NCBI GenBank assembly: GCA_040222015.1
Contig: JAVJWO010000047.1
Location: 32,001-96,000, forward strand
DNA: 64,000 nucleotides
DNA from: Coleofasciculus chthonoplastes F2-STO-03
GTDB lineage: Bacteria > Cyanobacteriota > Cyanobacteriia > Cyanobacteriales > Coleofasciculaceae
Direction: 5' to 3'
Below, in pieces: positions 40,756-50,403 of this stretch. The position numbers and the translations under genes are program-made. The notes under the pieces were generated by a model. That model was not told the DNA's origin, did no database searches, and was given only the letters and a program-made list of their open reading frames with translations. Every line of letters begins with the position of its first letter. Positions within the stretch are counted from its first letter, which is position 1.

Positions 40756-43380
40756 TTAATGCAATACTCTGACCAGCTCCTTAATTTTGGCAGACTGCCG
40801 ATCCTTGAATTGATCAGGGAAACTTAATTCTAGCGCGATTTTATTCGGCGAAGAACTACTGCTATCCCCCGGAACCAGAATTTCTAATGAGAGAATTTGG
40901 GTTAAAAATCGCTCCCGTGATTGGCTAATGGCGTCTTGACTTAACAGCAAGCCCACTAAGGGTTTTTCTTGCTGCATTTTCTTTAAATTATCAGGCTTAA
41001 GTAATTTAGCATTCGATGTAATAGAATCATCGAGTTCTAATCGCAAACTTGTCGCCCCAATTGCGGTCACTGTTGCCAAATAAAAGTCTCCTTCCCAAAA
41101 CAATTGAGCTGAAGCTTGAACCCGTTTGCGGACTTTTACTGCCCCTTTATCCACCTTAAATTCCTGGAAAGCACGGAAAAGACCTGTAGCCAAAAATCCT
41201 AAAGACTGCAACGGTTTATCCACATATTCCCGTGTTTGTGAATACCATTCCTTCACGTCGGAATACGTCACTAAGGTTAAATTATCTCGCTGGGATTGGG
41301 TGACATTAATAAACTTAACCGCCAATTCCATTTGATGCTCATTGACCGACTTTGCCACCACAATCTGAGCCTCCATAATCACCCTTGCCCCATAATCACC
41401 CACCAATTCAACTTCGATTTCATCGGGTAAATTGGGTTGACCTTCGACTTCTAAGATCATTCGAGTTCCGGTTTCCGAAACATCCAGCGTCACGCCACTC
41501 CAACTTTTGTCATAGCTGTAAATTGTTGCCCCCAGCCGTCGCCGTAAGCGGTGGGCGGTGCGTTCTTGGGGTTGTTCAAAGGCAACCAGTAATGCTGCCA
41601 TTAACAGAGTTAAGTTAAAAACACACCACAAGGCGTTAACCAAAACTGCCTCTGTATCCTCTGGACGTAGGATCAACCAAAAAGGAACAGACGCTAATCC
41701 TAACACCACCAAACCGGTTATACTTAACAAACCCCGTACAGATTGCCAATCAAAATTGGAGAAGCTAAATTCCCGTTTAATCAGGGTCATGTCTTTGTCC
41801 GTGACGTTAAAAGAACCCAGATTGGGATTAATTAACGCCATTGTCGTCACATACCCCGCCTGGAATGCCATGACAAATTCAAAAATTTCATTCCAGAAAG
41901 AAAAGCGCACATGCTTATACGTAATGTAGTTGGTATTAAGGGATAAGAGAATATGAGGAAGTGCATAAGCCAAGGTTTCCAATCCCAAACCCTGAATCGG
42001 GTTGATTCTAAACAATAAGAATAGGGTTGGCGCGATCGCATAAATCAGTCGGGGATAACCGTAGAAGAAGTGAGATGTGGCGCTGAAATAACAAATCCGC
42101 TGGGGAATCGTCAAGTTTAGCTTACGGTTTAACACTGGATTTTCAATCCGCAAAATCTGCGCCATACCCCGCGCCCATCGGACTTGCTGACCCACATAAG
42201 AGGAAAAGTTCTCTGGGGCGAGACCCGCAATCATGATTTTATCGTAGTAAAATGACTTGTATCCCAGAGAATGCAATCGGAATGCAGTATGACAATCTTC
42301 AGTTACGGTTTCGGTAGCAATCCCACCCACTTGTAGGGCATATTCTTTGCGAATGACTGCCGCTGAACCACAGAAGAATGCCGCATTCCAAAAGTCATTT
42401 CCTTTTTGGAGGACTTTATAAAATAACTCATTACCAACTGGAATCCTGCCATCTGTACGCAGGTTCCGTTCAAAAGGATCGGGATTAAAAAACCAGTGGG
42501 GGGTTTGCACAAAAGCCAGTTTTGGATCAAAAAAGAAGCCCGCTACGTGTTTAAGGAAATCTCGGACAGGAATATGATCACAGTCAAGAATCATGACCAA
42601 ATCCCCTTTGGTGCGACGAAACGCGGTATTAATATTCCCCGCCTTGGCATGTTCGTTATTATCCCGCGTCATCATCGTGCAGCCAACTTCTTCGCACATT
42701 TTTCGTAATTTTTCGCGACGGGCTTTATATTTCTCGGCTCGACCATCATCTAAAACATAAACCTTTTTTTTGTCTTCCGGATAGTCAATTGCAATGGCTC
42801 CAATTGCCGTTTTGCGGACAATTTCGACATCTTCGTTATAGGTGGGAATATAGATATCGACCTTGGGCCACTGGTCTTGAGGATATGCCGACAAATCGAC
42901 CGGTTCACGGTCTTGAATATGCAAGGTTTGAAAATAAGCTAGGACTAGGGTGAGGATGGCATAGAGTTCAGCGATCAACAGCAATACACAAAATAAGCCA
43001 TTGATAAAGGCATCAAAGTTGAGCGTGTAGTTGAGGCGATAGTAAAGATATCGAGATGTGGTGACTAAACTTAACCACACTAAAAAGAGGTGATAGTACT
43101 CACTAATTTGTTGATCATTAACCCGGTTTTCCGCTCGCACAACCACTTGCCCGATCGCCAAAACAAAAAAAGCGACAACCCCTTGCTGCCAAACCTTGAG
43201 TGGGGTAATCACTAGGGGAATCGAAATCACCAGTAGAAATAGAACCAGCCATTTTAAATGACTGATACCAATGCGTTCCAATGTACGGTCAAAAAACCGA
43301 GGCAGAACATCAACTAGCCAGTCAGTGGCAAAAGGGCGTCGGGGACGAAATCGCTGGAATTTAGATGAAAATGAGGACAT
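40756..43380 (-). CDS. bcsA: Cellulose synthase catalytic subunit (GT2 plus PilZ)
   Basis: PTYNE, LDDG, HAKAGN, DCD, QTPH, FFCGS, TED and QQVRW; PilZ motifs RTAHR and DVSETG. Start at 43380 or 43386. Confidence 0.93.
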   Translation of the reverse strand: MSSFSSKFQRFRPRRPFATDWLVDVLPRFFDRTLERIGISHLKWLVLFLLVISIPLVITPLKVWQQGVVAFFVLAIGQVVVRAENRVNDQQISEYYHLFLVWLSLVTTSRYLYYRLNYTLNFDAFINGLFCVLLLIAELYAILTLVLAYFQTLHIQDREPVDLSAYPQDQWPKVDIYIPTYNEDVEIVRKTAIGAIAIDYPEDKKKVYVLDDGRAEKYKARREKLRKMCEEVGCTMMTRDNNEHAKAGNINTAFRRTKGDLVMILDCDHIPVRDFLKHVAGFFFDPKLAFVQTPHWFFNPDPFERNLRTDGRIPVGNELFYKVLQKGNDFWNAAFFCGSAAVIRKEYALQVGGIATETVTEDCHTAFRLHSLGYKSFYYDKIMIAGLAPENFSSYVGQQVRWARGMAQILRIENPVLNRKLNLTIPQRICYFSATSHFFYGYPRLIYAIAPTLFLLFRINPIQGLGLETLAYALPHILLSLNTNYITYKHVRFSFWNEIFEFVMAFQAGYVTTMALINPNLGSFNVTDKDMTLIKREFSFSNFDWQSVRGLLSITGLVVLGLASVPFWLILRPEDTEAVLVNALWCVFNLTLLMAALLVAFEQPQERTAHRLRRRLGATIYSYDKSWSGVTLDVSETGTRMILEVEGQPNLPDEIEVELVGDYGARVIMEAQIVVAKSVNEHQMELAVKFINVTQSQRDNLTLVTYSDVKEWYSQTREYVDKPLQSLGFLATGLFRAFQEFKVDKGAVKVRKRVQASAQLFWEGDFYLATVTAIGATSLRLELDDSITSNAKLLKPDNLKKMQQEKPLVGLLLSQDAISQSRERFLTQILSLEILVPGDSSSSSPNKIALELSFPDQFKDRQSAKIKELVRVLH

Positions 43381-43454
43381 ATTCAATGGTAAGGGTTAGT
43401 GAACAAGAAGGTAGAAGGCAGGGGGAGCAATGTAGAGACGTTGCATGCAACGTC

Positions 43455-43583
43455 TGGGAGCTGGGGGAGCTGGGGGAGCAGAGGGAGCTGGGGGAGCTGG
43501 GGGAGCTGGGGAAGATTTTCCCAATGACAAATGACCAATGACCAATGACCAATGACAAATGACCAATGACAAATGACCAATAA
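43455..43583. repeat. STRR tracts (GGGGAGCTG)n and (TGAC[C/A]AA)n
   Basis: Visible 9-mer and 7-mer tandem repeats. Similar tracts at 33135-33180, 47918-47992, 50286-50372 and 55388-55425. Confidence 0.9.
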
Positions 43584-46160
43584 CTAATGACTCTTTTGAT
43601 CACTAAGTCGCTTGAGATAGAACTGAGAAATCCCATAGAGCAAAAGCGCGATCGCGAAAATGCCAGCCGGTAAGAAAAACCAATTGTCTTGAATAAAGCG
43701 TGACACCTTACTCAACACTCCCGTATTTTCAATCCGACGAGTCGAAGGCGCACGTTCTAAGAATTCCAATGTGTAGGCATCCGGATCATAGCTAGCCGAA
43801 TCTTGCTGATTGCTGCTGATCAGTACCGTATCTTCCTGGAGTTGGAAGAAAAACGGATCTTTCTTAATCACCTCAAGCACTCGTGCTAACCCATTCGATG
43901 TCTGTGCCGTTAGCGCCAACAGCACCCGTTCCTTGTTATCAGGTGACATAACTTCCTTAATCATGCCTTCGTTATCCGGTAAGGCTTGAATGCTGCCTTG
44001 ATTCCATTGGCGAGAAAAAGCATTCCGTAAGCGGAAACCACTGCCATCAAACACCTCGGGGAAGGGAAATTGCTCTCTGGTACCAATTCCCACCAAATGG
44101 TGACTCTCGCGCACCTCAGCAGGCAACGTTGTCGTTGTATAGGCATCTAAATTAACTGAATCTGCCTTACTCAGTCGTCCCAGACGTTCGCTAATAGTTA
44201 ACAACGTCAGCAAATCCGTATTACTCGGAGAATCCGGCACAACAATCGCGGTTCTGGACAAATCCTGGGGTGCAGCAAAGGGATAACCTTCCTGGAACAG
44301 TTCTAAATCGGGGAGTTGTACCGATTGTTGGCGGTTCAGGTTGAAGCTAGTGTCTGCATGGAGAGTTCCCGTCAATTGTTGGTCAGTGACTTTACCACAT
44401 ACACCCGGTTCTCTGGGATTGAGGCGGAATGCCACTTCCACTTGGGAATCGGGTTTAATTAAGTGCGGCGGTAAATCTACCTTCAATCGTTTTCGCTTGG
44501 CACCGTCTTCTGAACTCAACCGCGCCCCACCGATAAACGTTCCATCCAGTAAGACTTCTACCGCAGAAGTCCGGGGATTAACTTGCGGACTATAGCTATA
44601 GTGCATAGTCATGGAACTTCCCCGCGCAAATTGGTCATCCGGCAAAGCGTGAAAATCAATCAGAATTGGGGGGGCGCCTGACCCGCGTACCGTGATGTCT
44701 TGAAATGGCTCCCCGTTGGCTTGGGTTTGAATTTCGCTGAGGGTAAAGGAATTTTTTTCCGGTAAATAACCGGGCCAATTCCGGAGTGATGGTGTGTCTA
44801 CCTCTTTGAGGCTATTCACCAATACAGCTTGACCTGTACCAAATTTACGGCTGTCAGGCTGGACTAAAAACTGGGCAGCTTTGGCAACACCGTCCGCCCC
44901 ATTGCCTGTCACCACTAAAACGGGAACTGCTCCATCTAAAGTCGTGGTCATCATTAAGATACCCACGTCACTGGGTAAAGCGACTTGGTTCCCATCTAAA
45001 ATTTGATTCCCACTGATGCTAAAGGGCAGATCCAAATCCGCTAATGCAGGTTGTTCGGCGGGTGTGCCAATGACGACCAACCGTTGACCCCACTCGACAT
45101 CCTCTAAATCGTTGATGATTTCCGTATCAATGGGACGGAATTCTGCCATTCTGCCTAATGCGGCTTGAAAGCGAGACGCGGCGGTTAACCAGGTGTCGTT
45201 AACCTTGGGCAAGAGATAAACAATGCGATTGGTATCTAAACTGAGGTCGTCAAAGAAAGGATAGGGATAGCGGCTAAAGTTGAGCGGAATCGGTTGGGGC
45301 TGATATTCAAACTGTAATTCTGAATCCGGTAGTACTTCTGTCCAAAGCGTGGGGTCACCCGGATCGCTACATTTTTCGTCATTGCTTTGGCGAGCGACAA
45401 TTGTCAGTTCGTTATAGTCCTGAATCAGTCGAGAGGGGACGTTGAAGAGGACGCTGCCGATTTCCGATTGTTGGCGGTTGAGGGGGACTGAACCCACACT
45501 TGTGCCATTAACTCGGACGGTGAGATTGGAGTCCTTGGCAATTAGGGCAGGTGAATGCTGGAACCGAATTAGGGCTTTCGCCCCTTGGATTTTCCAGCCC
45601 CGGGGACGGGTAAAGCCGAGTCGCGCTTCAGAATACACCCCTCGGAAGCGGAAGCGGTTCCCGACGATGGGGGAGCGATTGAATTGCAGGATGTATTCTT
45701 CTGTGGGTAAGGGTTCAGCCTCTGCCGTTTCTTCCTCGCGAGCAGGTGAGGAGGATGCAGGAGAACGACGTGCGGGTGCAGGTTCTTCGGGTTCAGTTGA
45801 TGCCGGTGCGGAACGAGTGGGCTGGCTCTGCGGCGGCGGTTGACTAGGTGCAGGCGTCGTTCGCTTGCGCGTTGGCGATGTGGATTTTTTCGGGGGAGAC
45901 GCCGGAGCGGGTTTGTAAACAGGTTCTTTCTGGGGCGTGGTGGGTAGGGTATATTCACGAATTAACTGATCTTCCTGCTCTTGCAGGCTACTGTCGCTTT
46001 GAGCGACGGCAAAGTTGGTCGTGATCACCAGCCCGACGACTAAAACGCTACACAGAAGCAACAATCCGAGTCGCGTTCCTGTAGATACACGGGTGGAGCG
46101 CTGACGTCCGCGATGGGTGGAAGGATTTGGAGATTGGGAGTGACGAAACAGGCGTTTCAT
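43584..46160 (-). CDS. bcsB: Cellulose biosynthesis BcsB-like periplasmic subunit
   Basis: N-terminal signal, HSPALI, C..P..PTLWTEV, YPYPFFD, LPDL...GYPF and a C-terminal TM anchor; directly upstream of bcsA. Confidence 0.85.
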   Translation of the reverse strand: MKRLFRHSQSPNPSTHRGRQRSTRVSTGTRLGLLLLCSVLVVGLVITTNFAVAQSDSSLQEQEDQLIREYTLPTTPQKEPVYKPAPASPPKKSTSPTRKRTTPAPSQPPPQSQPTRSAPASTEPEEPAPARRSPASSSPAREEETAEAEPLPTEEYILQFNRSPIVGNRFRFRGVYSEARLGFTRPRGWKIQGAKALIRFQHSPALIAKDSNLTVRVNGTSVGSVPLNRQQSEIGSVLFNVPSRLIQDYNELTIVARQSNDEKCSDPGDPTLWTEVLPDSELQFEYQPQPIPLNFSRYPYPFFDDLSLDTNRIVYLLPKVNDTWLTAASRFQAALGRMAEFRPIDTEIINDLEDVEWGQRLVVIGTPAEQPALADLDLPFSISGNQILDGNQVALPSDVGILMMTTTLDGAVPVLVVTGNGADGVAKAAQFLVQPDSRKFGTGQAVLVNSLKEVDTPSLRNWPGYLPEKNSFTLSEIQTQANGEPFQDITVRGSGAPPILIDFHALPDDQFARGSSMTMHYSYSPQVNPRTSAVEVLLDGTFIGGARLSSEDGAKRKRLKVDLPPHLIKPDSQVEVAFRLNPREPGVCGKVTDQQLTGTLHADTSFNLNRQQSVQLPDLELFQEGYPFAAPQDLSRTAIVVPDSPSNTDLLTLLTISERLGRLSKADSVNLDAYTTTTLPAEVRESHHLVGIGTREQFPFPEVFDGSGFRLRNAFSRQWNQGSIQALPDNEGMIKEVMSPDNKERVLLALTAQTSNGLARVLEVIKKDPFFFQLQEDTVLISSNQQDSASYDPDAYTLEFLERAPSTRRIENTGVLSKVSRFIQDNWFFLPAGIFAIALLLYGISQFYLKRLSDQKSH

Positions 46161-46581
46161 AGGAGAACTATTACGGTTGATGGAAATGCCCAGTTTTTAT
46201 TGCTTGGGAACTAACTTATGCGATTCCAACTATCTGGAATTCGGGGATGTTTAAACGAGGCAATTTACGGTGTTGGGTTAGGCGATTGCTTGACCCAACT
46301 GATTGTTGCCAAACGGACAAACTCCCCCTAAACGATGGCAAGCCACATCGTTTACTAAAGAAATCCACTAGAATTAGGCGTGTTTGTAGATAGCATTCCC
46401 GCTTCAGTCCAACGAGTAACAGGTTGACTGAACCCGGTTATTTGTAGAAACGGTGGTGACATTTTCTAGTCCTCTGAATCGGTATTCGACTCGATGCCAC
46501 CCTGATATAAGATGCGATTATTCGGGTTACGAATAAATTCTTAATGGTTTAAAGCCTTGACAGAGGAGATTGACCTCTGTA

Positions 46582-47946
46582 TCATTTCCTTATTGCATTT
46601 CTGGAAAACTGCTGCTGGGATTGGAAAAATTCGGAATTCATTACCAGGTCAGGTGATACAAGGGCGAGCCAGGCTAAGTTTTGAGTATAGTAGGCAGATT
46701 CATCATCCCAAATTCCCTGATTGTATTGGGGTACAAGTTTACTCTCTAATAGTTGTTCAGCTAGAGCCGGATTAATTAAGCGCATAGCGATATAAAGCAT
46801 GGCATATTGGGAGGTGGCATCGTATTTAACTAATGATTCTCCATCGAGGTTAATGCGAGCTGGCAAGCGAGAAGACGATTGCCATTGATCTTCAAGGTAT
46901 TGGGTTGCTGTTTTCAGGTAATTGAGTGCCTCCGTTGATTGAAACCATTCGGCATCCCAAGCGACTCGCCACCAGACGCGATACGCATCAAAGCTATATA
47001 CGCTTTTCAGTTTGCTTTGTGGGGGTATGGACTGAAATTGATTGGTCTGTAAATTCAAAGCAATCCAGTCACTCGGTAACCCAACCGCCGAAACTTTAGA
47101 GGAGTTTTCTAAGACGTAGTAGCTACTATCTATCAAACTCAGCCAGTCTCGTTCGGGATCAACCTGAGCAAACAGGCGAAACGCATAAGGGGCGAGATAG
47201 GAGGGATTAAGATAAAGCGTTGATGGCGAAGGGACAAAGGCTTCCTTAGGTCCAGGAAGGAGATAACGCTTGCCATCGGGTGCAGCGATGGTGGAGTAGT
47301 CCCACAAATCGCGCAGCTTGATTCGCGCTAACTCCAGGTAGTCTGGGCGATTCCAGCGGCGGGATGCCCAAATTAATGCGGTAATCGCATCAATATCAGC
47401 ATCGCTGGCAAAATTTCGATCAATGGCACCCCAATTTTCCTGATCATCTTGACCCCACAGCCAAACCCAAAGATTGTCTTCAGGTTCGCCAGTTTCTGAG
47501 AGTCGATGCAGGTTCGCTTCTGCCCAGTCTAAGGTGAGGGCAAATGTGTTTGGGTCATTAATCAATACAGCCCTGAGCATAGCGTAGGCTTGTCCCTCTG
47601 AAGTAGAGCGATCGCTCGCTTCGTAGTCGATTACTCGACCGTCTTCTTGAATAAATTGTTGTCTGTAGATGACCCAGCTTTGTTCGAGTATATCCTGGAT
47701 AGGCGGCGATGGGGATAAAACGGGAAAATCAGCCACAGGGGAAGCCGTTACAGGAGAGGGAGAAGGGGAAACCGAGGCTTCCGGTGGTTCAGGTTCGGAG
47801 AATTTTATGGATACACAACTGGTGAGATTCAACAGCAGTAACATAGCGCTTGTAGTCATGCTTGTAGTCAGCGCTTTAGCGCTTCTTCTGCTAAAGTGCC
47901 TACTACGAACCCAGTGATTTGTCCTTTGTCCTTTGTCCTTTGTCAT
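46582..47946 (-). CDS. bcsZ: Glycoside hydrolase family 8 endoglucanase (BcsZ-like), probable lipoprotein
   Basis: STSEGQAYAML, ASDAD, NPSY and FDAYRV; lipobox-like LTSC. True start is probably downstream of 47946. Confidence 0.88.
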   Translation of the reverse strand: MTKDKGQRTNHWVRSRHFSRRSAKALTTSMTTSAMLLLLNLTSCVSIKFSEPEPPEASVSPSPSPVTASPVADFPVLSPSPPIQDILEQSWVIYRQQFIQEDGRVIDYEASDRSTSEGQAYAMLRAVLINDPNTFALTLDWAEANLHRLSETGEPEDNLWVWLWGQDDQENWGAIDRNFASDADIDAITALIWASRRWNRPDYLELARIKLRDLWDYSTIAAPDGKRYLLPGPKEAFVPSPSTLYLNPSYLAPYAFRLFAQVDPERDWLSLIDSSYYVLENSSKVSAVGLPSDWIALNLQTNQFQSIPPQSKLKSVYSFDAYRVWWRVAWDAEWFQSTEALNYLKTATQYLEDQWQSSSRLPARINLDGESLVKYDATSQYAMLYIAMRLINPALAEQLLESKLVPQYNQGIWDDESAYYTQNLAWLALVSPDLVMNSEFFQSQQQFSRNAIRK

Positions 47947-48004
47947 TTGTCAGGGAATGGGGAATGGGGAATGGGGAATGGGGAATGGGGAATAACGCGC
48001 CAAA

Positions 48005-50293
48005 CTAGAACCGTTCCCATGGGGGTTGAAATCCTCGTCGTTGTAAAAAGTCTTCCCGAATTTGTTGCATTTGAGTCGATAGTTCTGGATCTAACGTTCC
48101 TCCTTGTTGCAATTGTTCAACTTGCATGGTTTCTAAATCCGCTAAGGCTTCTAGTTGATCATCTTGAACTCGTTTCAGTCCAATCATTGCTTGACGAATT
48201 CCTTGATTATTAGGGTCAAGGGCTAAGGCTTGAGAATAGAGATTTCTGGCTTCATCTAATCGGCGCTGTCGGAATCGAACCCCAGCTAGGGCGGATAATG
48301 CCTCTTGATTATCGGGTTGGGCAGATAAAATTAACTGATAGGCTTGTTCAGCGAGTTCTAAATCATCGATCGCTTGACCAATTTGTCCTTGTAAAAAGTA
48401 GTTGCGGATGTTGGTGGGATCACGGGCGACTAATTGCGCGACTCTAACTCTGGCTTGTTCGGGACTGCGTTGGGCGATAAGCTGAATTGAGCGAATTTGT
48501 ACAGGCAGATTCGTTGGATCAAGCTGAAGCAGTCTGTTATAAAGTGCCTCCCGTTCAGGAGATGGCGGTAATGCTCCCACCAGAGTAAATAGTTCTGGCG
48601 GCGCATTGGTAGCGGGTTGAGTCTGTAGCCAGTAATTGAGAACCCCTTGGGCTTGGGATTCTGAAATCAGATCCGCCTGATATGCTAGGTTAGCGCGGGC
48701 GAGTTGCAGTGTTGTGTCCTGGGGATTACGGGCAATTAACTGATCAAATACAGCCAGGGCTTCTGTGGGACGATTTTGTTGTAGTCGTATATTTGCCAAT
48801 CCCCGTATCGCCGCGTTGAGAAGATCTCGTTCGGCTGGATTACTGGTAATTAAAGCCTGATAACGCTGGGCGCTGGCTTCTAAGTTTCCTTCCCGACGCT
48901 CAATTTCTGCGGCTAATAATTGGGGGGCTAAGTCTTCCGCGCCTGCGGGGGTAGCTGTATAAGCAGCTAACGCCTGTCTTGCTCCAGCAAGGTTATCGTT
49001 TTCTAACAAAATCTGGGCGATGCGGAAATTTAAGAAGGGAACATTGACACCAGATTGGAGGAGATTGGTGTAAATAGGTAATAATTCCGGTCCTGGGGGT
49101 TCAATCCCGGCTAAAGCTTGGGCGATGAGTTGGCGTTGACTAGGATCAGCCGGGAGCGGTTGCAGGGCGCTTAATAGACGGGCTTTGAGTTCGGCTTCGG
49201 AAATTAACCCCAGTTCCCGTTCCAAGGCGACTTGTTTGACTAAGAGAGTGCGGTCATTGGGTTGTAAGCTGATGAGTTGTCGATAGAGATTCAAAGCGGT
49301 TTGCTGTTGGTTGGGTAATCCGCTAAATACGTCAGCAATTTCCCGTAAAAGTTTGGGTTCGGGGTTGGGGGTTTGATTGAGCGCCTGATTATATAAATTC
49401 GCAACTTGTTGAGTCAGGGCTTGGTTCCCTGTCTGATTGCGAATCTCATTCAGCGCTCGTGCTAAGGGTAATGTTGCACTAGGATTGCCTTGTAGGGGGG
49501 TTAAGATATTTAAGGCGTCAGTGGGCTGTTGATTGGCGAGATAGGCTTGGGATAAAGCCGTTCGGGTAAAAATCGCCAATTGTTGATCAGAGAGGAGTTG
49601 GGGCGATCGCAGTTGTCCTTCCAGAATCTGGACAGCCGCCGCCGGATTCCCGGTTTCTTGTAAGGCGCTGGCATAAGCGAGGGCGGGATACCCAGTAATT
49701 TGTCCTCCTGTCGCCAGGTAACGGTTAAACAGTTCCAATCCCCGTTCGGGGTTACCGCTATTGGTAAAGGTTTCCGCCGCCCCCAGCAAAATATTGGGTG
49801 GGGGATTTCCTTGTAGGACAATTTGATAGTCCGCTAAGGCTTCGGCAAATTGTTGTTGAAAACCGTAGAGTTGGGCTCGCAACGCCCGGGCTTCGATATC
49901 GTTGGGATTGAGATTCAGTAATGTGGTGAGGGCTTCGATTCCCTGAACCTGCCATTCGGATCGATAGGTTCCGAATAGACCCACTGATTTTAAGGCTAAT
50001 GCATTGGTGGGATCTTGTGCCAATACTTGTTGATAAGCATTCCAGGCTTGGTCAAGATTCCCCTGTCGTCGATGAGCGATCGCTAACCCTAACTTGGCAT
50101 CCAAGGAATCCGGATAGCGCCGTACCGCTGCTTCAAATGCCGCGATCGCGTCTTGGACTCGTCCTTGACTCAGCAGCGAAAAGGCTTCGCGAACTTCAGT
50201 GGGTACGGTTTGGGCATAAACAGCCGGGATGGTGTACACCATCGGTGCGCTAATGGCTAATCCAGCTAATCCTAATCCAATGAGTTTAGTCAT
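48005..50293 (-). CDS. Secreted TPR protein (BcsC-like export scaffold)
   Basis: Signal peptide, many TPR motifs and C-terminal LQRRGFQPPWERF; inside the cellulose cluster. Confidence 0.8.
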   Translation of the reverse strand: MTKLIGLGLAGLAISAPMVYTIPAVYAQTVPTEVREAFSLLSQGRVQDAIAAFEAAVRRYPDSLDAKLGLAIAHRRQGNLDQAWNAYQQVLAQDPTNALALKSVGLFGTYRSEWQVQGIEALTTLLNLNPNDIEARALRAQLYGFQQQFAEALADYQIVLQGNPPPNILLGAAETFTNSGNPERGLELFNRYLATGGQITGYPALAYASALQETGNPAAAVQILEGQLRSPQLLSDQQLAIFTRTALSQAYLANQQPTDALNILTPLQGNPSATLPLARALNEIRNQTGNQALTQQVANLYNQALNQTPNPEPKLLREIADVFSGLPNQQQTALNLYRQLISLQPNDRTLLVKQVALERELGLISEAELKARLLSALQPLPADPSQRQLIAQALAGIEPPGPELLPIYTNLLQSGVNVPFLNFRIAQILLENDNLAGARQALAAYTATPAGAEDLAPQLLAAEIERREGNLEASAQRYQALITSNPAERDLLNAAIRGLANIRLQQNRPTEALAVFDQLIARNPQDTTLQLARANLAYQADLISESQAQGVLNYWLQTQPATNAPPELFTLVGALPPSPEREALYNRLLQLDPTNLPVQIRSIQLIAQRSPEQARVRVAQLVARDPTNIRNYFLQGQIGQAIDDLELAEQAYQLILSAQPDNQEALSALAGVRFRQRRLDEARNLYSQALALDPNNQGIRQAMIGLKRVQDDQLEALADLETMQVEQLQQGGTLDPELSTQMQQIREDFLQRRGFQPPWERF

Positions 50294-50403
50294 TTGTCAT
50301 TCGTCATTCGTCTTATGTCTTATGTCATTGGTCATTCGTCTTATGTCTTATGTCTTATGTCATTCGTCATTTGCCTCATCTCCCCCATCTACCCCGGCTC
50401 TGT

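Noticed and set aside
43361..43636. ORFs VIGHWSFV/LPQLPQ (also 47896-48213 and 50229-50527)
   Set aside because: Translations of STRR tracts.
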